Source of the DNA: the human T2T-CHM13v2.0 reference genome, Homo sapiens
Strand: one strand, 5' to 3'
DNA length: 64,000 nucleotides
NCBI RefSeq assembly: GCF_009914755.1
Contig: NC_060931.1
Part shown: positions 59,014 through 64,000 of the stretch, one piece after another
How positions within the stretch are numbered: position 1 is the stretch's first letter
How the letters are laid out: every line of letters starts with the position of its first letter
Notes under the pieces: model-generated
The model's input: the letters and a program-made list of their open reading frames with translations, nothing else
Database searches by the model: none
Told to the model about the DNA's origin: nothing
Made by a program: the position numbers and the translations under genes

Positions 59014-59589
59014 TTACTAACTTCCAAGTGTTGGTTTTTTTGTCTTTCAGTCTCATGAAATTTCACCTCATGTTTACACGAATCAGTATTCAGTCAAAAA
59101 CTAAGGGGACTCCTCTGGATCTTGTGCTTCCTCTGAAAGCCCTAAACACGTTCTCCTTTCTAGATTTGGCCTTGCAAAGTATAGCTGCCTTTGCCTCCCT
59201 GTACCTAACTCTACCTCCTCAATTGGGTAAGGCCACCAGGCTTTCCTTGGTTCCCCTCCCAACACTGTGGCCTGGGAGTCTTGTCAAGCGGTAAGCTAGG
59301 GAAATTGTAAGACTCACCCCATTTGCTTTCCTTCTCTCAGACTCTAAAGTGGCTACTGTCTAAATTAGGAAAACAGGTTTTTTAAATGTTTTGTCCATTT
59401 TTCTAATTGTTTATGACATAAGAACAATATCTGTAAACATTAATCCTTCATGGAAAGAAGCAAACAAGCTCAGAAATACCATTTTTAGTCTTCAACGCTA
59501 TATAAGGCAGATCAGAAGGAGATTAGAATTATATCTGAGTACCAATTCACCATATCTATCCACATTATCCCCATGCTGCAAAGAAGAAT

Positions 59590-59682
59590 TCTAGGGCACA
59601 ATAACTCACAGAGATAGTAAGTGGCAGAATTAGGATTAGAAACACAATCTGATTTCAGAGCCTCTGTCTTCAGTCATTCTTC
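59590..59682 (-). mobile_element. MIR core fragment
   Basis: tagtaagtggcagaattaggattagaaacacaatctgatttcagagcc. Confidence 0.65.
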
Positions 59683-61769
59683 TCTATTTCTTTCTTAATT
59701 CTCAACTATTTTCATCCATCCATGCCTGACTGATTCTTTACCATTTTGGATCTACTGCTTGTATATCCAAACCCAGTCTGACAGAGCAGAGGTAAGGCCC
59801 TGGAACACTAGACAAATCATAAAACGAATAACCACTCTTATAGATAAATAAGAGAAAAAAATAAATCCATGGTCCTTTATCATCAGGTCAACCTCACACT
59901 CAAGAAAATTGCATTCCTCATTGTTGCTCAAGATATAGCCCCTCTAAATGAAGCTCTCAGCATCCCATTCTCCTTTCATTTAACACCTTTTCCTTTTATT
60001 TGCAATTCTCCTTGACTTAAAATAACCAAATAGTGCTGTCCACATTATTACTTTTAGAATTAATGAATAATTAGGAATAAAACTTCATGCAGTTTAATGT
60101 CTGGGCTGAGGAACCCTACCCTAGAAAAATTTTTATATAGCTGGTAAATAAAAGTGGCATTTAGTTATTTGTCACTACTGTTTACTTTCCCTCTCCCTCC
60201 AACAACCAATATTACTCAATCTTTGGAATCACGGCTTTATAAATCATGTAAGGCAACACAGATTCTATTTATAAACAACTCTCAAAGGCCATATTGTGTC
60301 CCCCGTTCACATGCCAAACTCCCACGGAGATCTAGCCATGTGCGGATCAAGGTCACACCGTGGATAATATTCTCGCTTTCATCTCCATGTGAGAAACTAG
60401 AGTGGAGGCATAAGTCTTTTACATCAGTAAAGTTCAAGCTCCAGTGTAACTGAATAGGGTCCAAGGCCAAACACAAAGGCTGATTTTTAACAGAATTGTT
60501 GCCATGGCTTGGTCACCTCCCAAATGTGCATGCATATCAAAGCAACAAGCACAAACTGATTGAGACTGCTCAGATCAGAACTAACCAAAGGATTCACTCA
60601 CTCGGAATCCAGCAGAATGACCGTCTTGGAGCTGTCAAACAATAGGTTATTGATCATCCAGAATCAATAGCTATACTCCTACCTCCCTCTCACCCACTCA
60701 CCTCCAAGCTGAGCAGATGCAGGCAAAATACTATAGTTTAAGCAAAATAGAAGCCCATGAAATTGCGAGTCTTAAACCTGCTTCCTGCAAAGGTAATTCT
60801 CTACAGTGATTCTTATCTTTCAGTGTCTTGGGTAATTACAGGATTTAGAAGCTTTATCCTAATTTGTCCGTTGTTTGTATCAAGCAGTATATTATTTTCT
60901 TCTCAAGCTACAGGAATCATAATTTCCATGCCACTGTTGTTTCGAAGATAAAATATATTCTTTATTACCTCAAGCAGCACTTGATGCACTATGTTTAACA
61001 AGTATCCTAACAAGTCAAGCAGAGGAGAACCCATGATAATGCGGATGTTTCTGTGCATTACACACCCAGGTGAAAAGGTGAAGTCAAGTGTACAGTGTCT
61101 CTGAATTTATGACAAGAATTCACCACCTCCACTTGAGAAAATATCACACAATCTCATTCTCCTCTTTCAGAGCCAATATTAGAGGTGATGGCCCATTTTC
61201 GGTCACAACAACAACAAAATGGTTGCACTGGTTTTAAATAAGTTTGCTAAAGATTGCAAGTCAATGTTGTATTGTCCTCATTTTTTTTCTCTTTATTTCA
61301 ATAGTTTTTTTTGTTTTTTTTTTTTTTTTTAGCCTCTGCTGTTTAATGCAGGCTGTATGCCAAAACCATCTTAGAAAGTCTGTTATGCCAGATGTCACCC
61401 TTTTGCCCTTTCGCTCTATCTGCAGGTTTTCTTTTAACAACAGCTGAAGCCCAAGTTAGCAAGCATGCATTTTTTTACAGTAAAAGAGGTATTATGAATA
61501 ACACCTTTTGTATTTTGGATCACACTCTCAAAGAGCACAGCACTTTGTTCATGCACAACATCTTTCAAAAAGGATTATTCATGGTTCTTTAGATTTAAAG
61601 GGAGAACTTTAAGGTTTTGGCAGTTTAAGATCAGTTTTTTTACCCACAGTAGAAGCTGATAGGTTTGTTTGCCTTGAAACTGATCATTTCTGGACAAAAG
61701 AAAAAAAAAAAAAAAAGACTGAACTCTACGTAAGCGCTTTATGTCTGCTCTCTGTTGTCAAAACAGACG

Positions 61770-61995
61770 TGTAAACAGTGACATTGCCCTCCAGGAGAGC
61801 TAGCTCCCTTGTAAACAGACCTACTCAACAAAGTGTGTCATTCAAACAAAGCATTGGGTGGGGTTTTCTCCACAACAGAGAGAAGAGGCCCTCAGGTCAA
61901 TGATTAATTGAGGCAAGGGGGAGTTTCTGGATAAGTTGTTGGGCCAAGTTCAGCCTCCCATATGTTTGCATACTTTGTCAACTTTCACCTTTGAA
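61770..61995. promoter_or_regulatory. Candidate endodermal (liver/gut/pancreas) enhancer motif cluster
   Basis: TGTAAACA x2, HNF1-like GTCAATGATTAAT, GGATAAG, TGTTTGC, DR1 (AGGTGA-A-AGTTGA on minus strand), CCTTTGAA, AACAAAG x2 in non-repeat DNA. Motif evidence only. Confidence 0.45.
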
Positions 61996-62353
61996 AGTGT
62001 TTCTGTTTGGAAGTTGGTCAGCCACTGTAACGGCTAAATGTAATCCAGTCAGAAAGTAAAACATTAGATATTCTATATTTCGGAGAATTTAAAAGATTCC
62101 CCCCAAAGGAGAGGAAGGGAAATTCAGGGCAAAAAGAATTCCTTCTCTCAGGAAGAATCTGTTCTAAGCATCCAATTCTGAGTTTCATGAAAATTTACTT
62201 CTACCCATCTCCACATTTATTTTATACAGCGGAAAATCTATTTTATACAGCAGAAGCCTAAGCTATAAAATCACAACATTCAGTATATAAGGTCACAGAT
62301 ATTGCTCTTTTAAAACTGAAAGACACCTTAGAGATCATCTAGGGTTAACCTGA

Positions 62354-62711
<358 letters not shown>

Positions 62712-63615
62712 TGGCTTACATTTTTTAAAACTACCCAACAGCCATTAGCTAATGCCCCTAACTGGTACAACAAAGCCATACGTGAGCAAGATCTCAATAA
62801 AAAAGAAGAAACACTGAAAAGGAACTAGCCTTTTCATTTCACACGTGAGGAACATGAAACCTAGAGATAGGAAATAATCTCCTCAAGGTCGAATAAGTGG
62901 TCTCTTCCCTTCTTCCACACTTTTCCCACGATACCACAACTACAGATCATTTTGTGAGGTGGTTCTGGACAATTAGCAGTGCCACTTTGAATCACCCTTC
63001 AGAGGAAAGCCATGAGGTAAGGGACATAAATAGGCTGATGTTTATCTACCACCAAGATACCCTCCAGAGAACACTCCTGGGCTAGCAGTATGGCCCTGTA
63101 CCCAATTCACCTGTGCTATATAGACCCAGATATAAAAGGTAAAAGAATGAATTCTGCTGATTTTTTATCTGAACAGGAACATTTTCTTTTCAATGCAAGT
63201 CTGCATATACCCTATTAAGAATCAAATCTCAACTAGATTAACTAGAAACTTACAAAAAGAAAAAAAAAGTGAGGCCCAAAAGGAACTTAATTGACTTTAA
63301 TTGAAGCACTTGCAGTTACTTGAGCATTTATAACACTTTTGCTAATCCTAAACCAATCTTCAGCTTCCAAAATCTCAGTCACCCATTAAAGCTAAATGCC
63401 ACAAAATATAGTTTGTTAAGCATATCCAAACCTGTGTTCATGTCAGTATCTGTGTTTCTTAAGCCAGCTGTCTAAGAGAAAGAAGTGCTGTCTTTAATCT
63501 GATTCTATTCACGCTGTAGTATCTAATCTCTGCTGAGGCGGAGCAGCTTTACATTGGAGGTGAGAAGTTGACCCACTAAAAGGTCTCTGCTCCTCCCATA
63601 CACTTTTGCACAGTC

Positions 63616-63800
63616 ACTGGTTCCCAACCCTGGCTAAGTTTTAGAATCACTTGAGGGAGTCTTTAAAACATACAACTTCCTGGCCTACAACCCCAGAGAT
63701 GCTTATTTAGTAGGTGTGGGCTGAGAAAGCTTTTTGATTATTTTTAATTAAGTTCTCCAGGTGATTCTTTTGCAGCTAGTGTCTTTGAAAACCAGAACTG
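63616..63800. mobile_element. MER5A/B hAT-Charlie element
   Basis: ctggttcccaaccctggct...tagaatcacttgaggg...ccccagagat...ctccaggtgattct...tttgaaaacca. Confidence 0.75.
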
Positions 63801-64000
63801 TAGCTCTCTCATGAGCAGGAAAGGTGTTTATCCCCACTGAGCTCTTGTTTGTATCCATTCATTTCATCCTTACCACTTTCTAGTAATTGTGACCATCAGA
63901 GAAAGCACCATGCATCAGAGGAAAAGCAGGGAAAACAAAAGTTGAAAAAGCAACAAACCAACAAAATCATATATCGTAGGACCTGGAAGGCATTCCAGAG

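Noticed and set aside
57282-59066. Many overlapping 70-170 aa ORFs
   Set aside because: All lie in the GC-rich MER52A LTR; no gag/pol/env motifs.

Overview
Human (primate) genomic DNA: AT-rich, CpG-poor and mostly transposon-derived. It is non-coding (intergenic or deep intronic), and I recognise no host protein-coding exon, RNA gene or CRISPR-like array. Human origin is indicated by a near-consensus AluYa5-type insertion. Main elements: a full-length but dead L1PA4/5-like LINE-1 (11031-17182) that keeps its YY1 site, the 129-bp ZNF93-bound segment and an intact antisense ORF0; a complete two-LTR THE1 element; a twin-primed (5'-inverted) L1PA15/16; a MER52A LTR; nine Alus plus one tiny Alu fragment; DNA transposons (MER63A, MADE1, MER102, Charlie1b, MER5); and many old L1M/L2/MIR/MLT fragments, several nested inside each other. 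The repeat annotation does not explain a recurring set of locally templated insertion or fold-back scars (3790-3921, 18153-18233, 21537-21900, 35628-35686, 40421-40561, 57432-57463), in which short segments copied from adjacent DNA or from 1-3.6 kb away are joined with inverted and tandem copies. Other points of interest are an Alu-tail (AAGGG)8 inside a 217-nt pure-purine tract and a dense HNF1/FOXA/DR1/TCF motif cluster at 61770-61995. I found no evidence of a new protein-coding system. Subfamily names come from my recall of consensus sequences and need RepeatMasker/Dfam confirmation.
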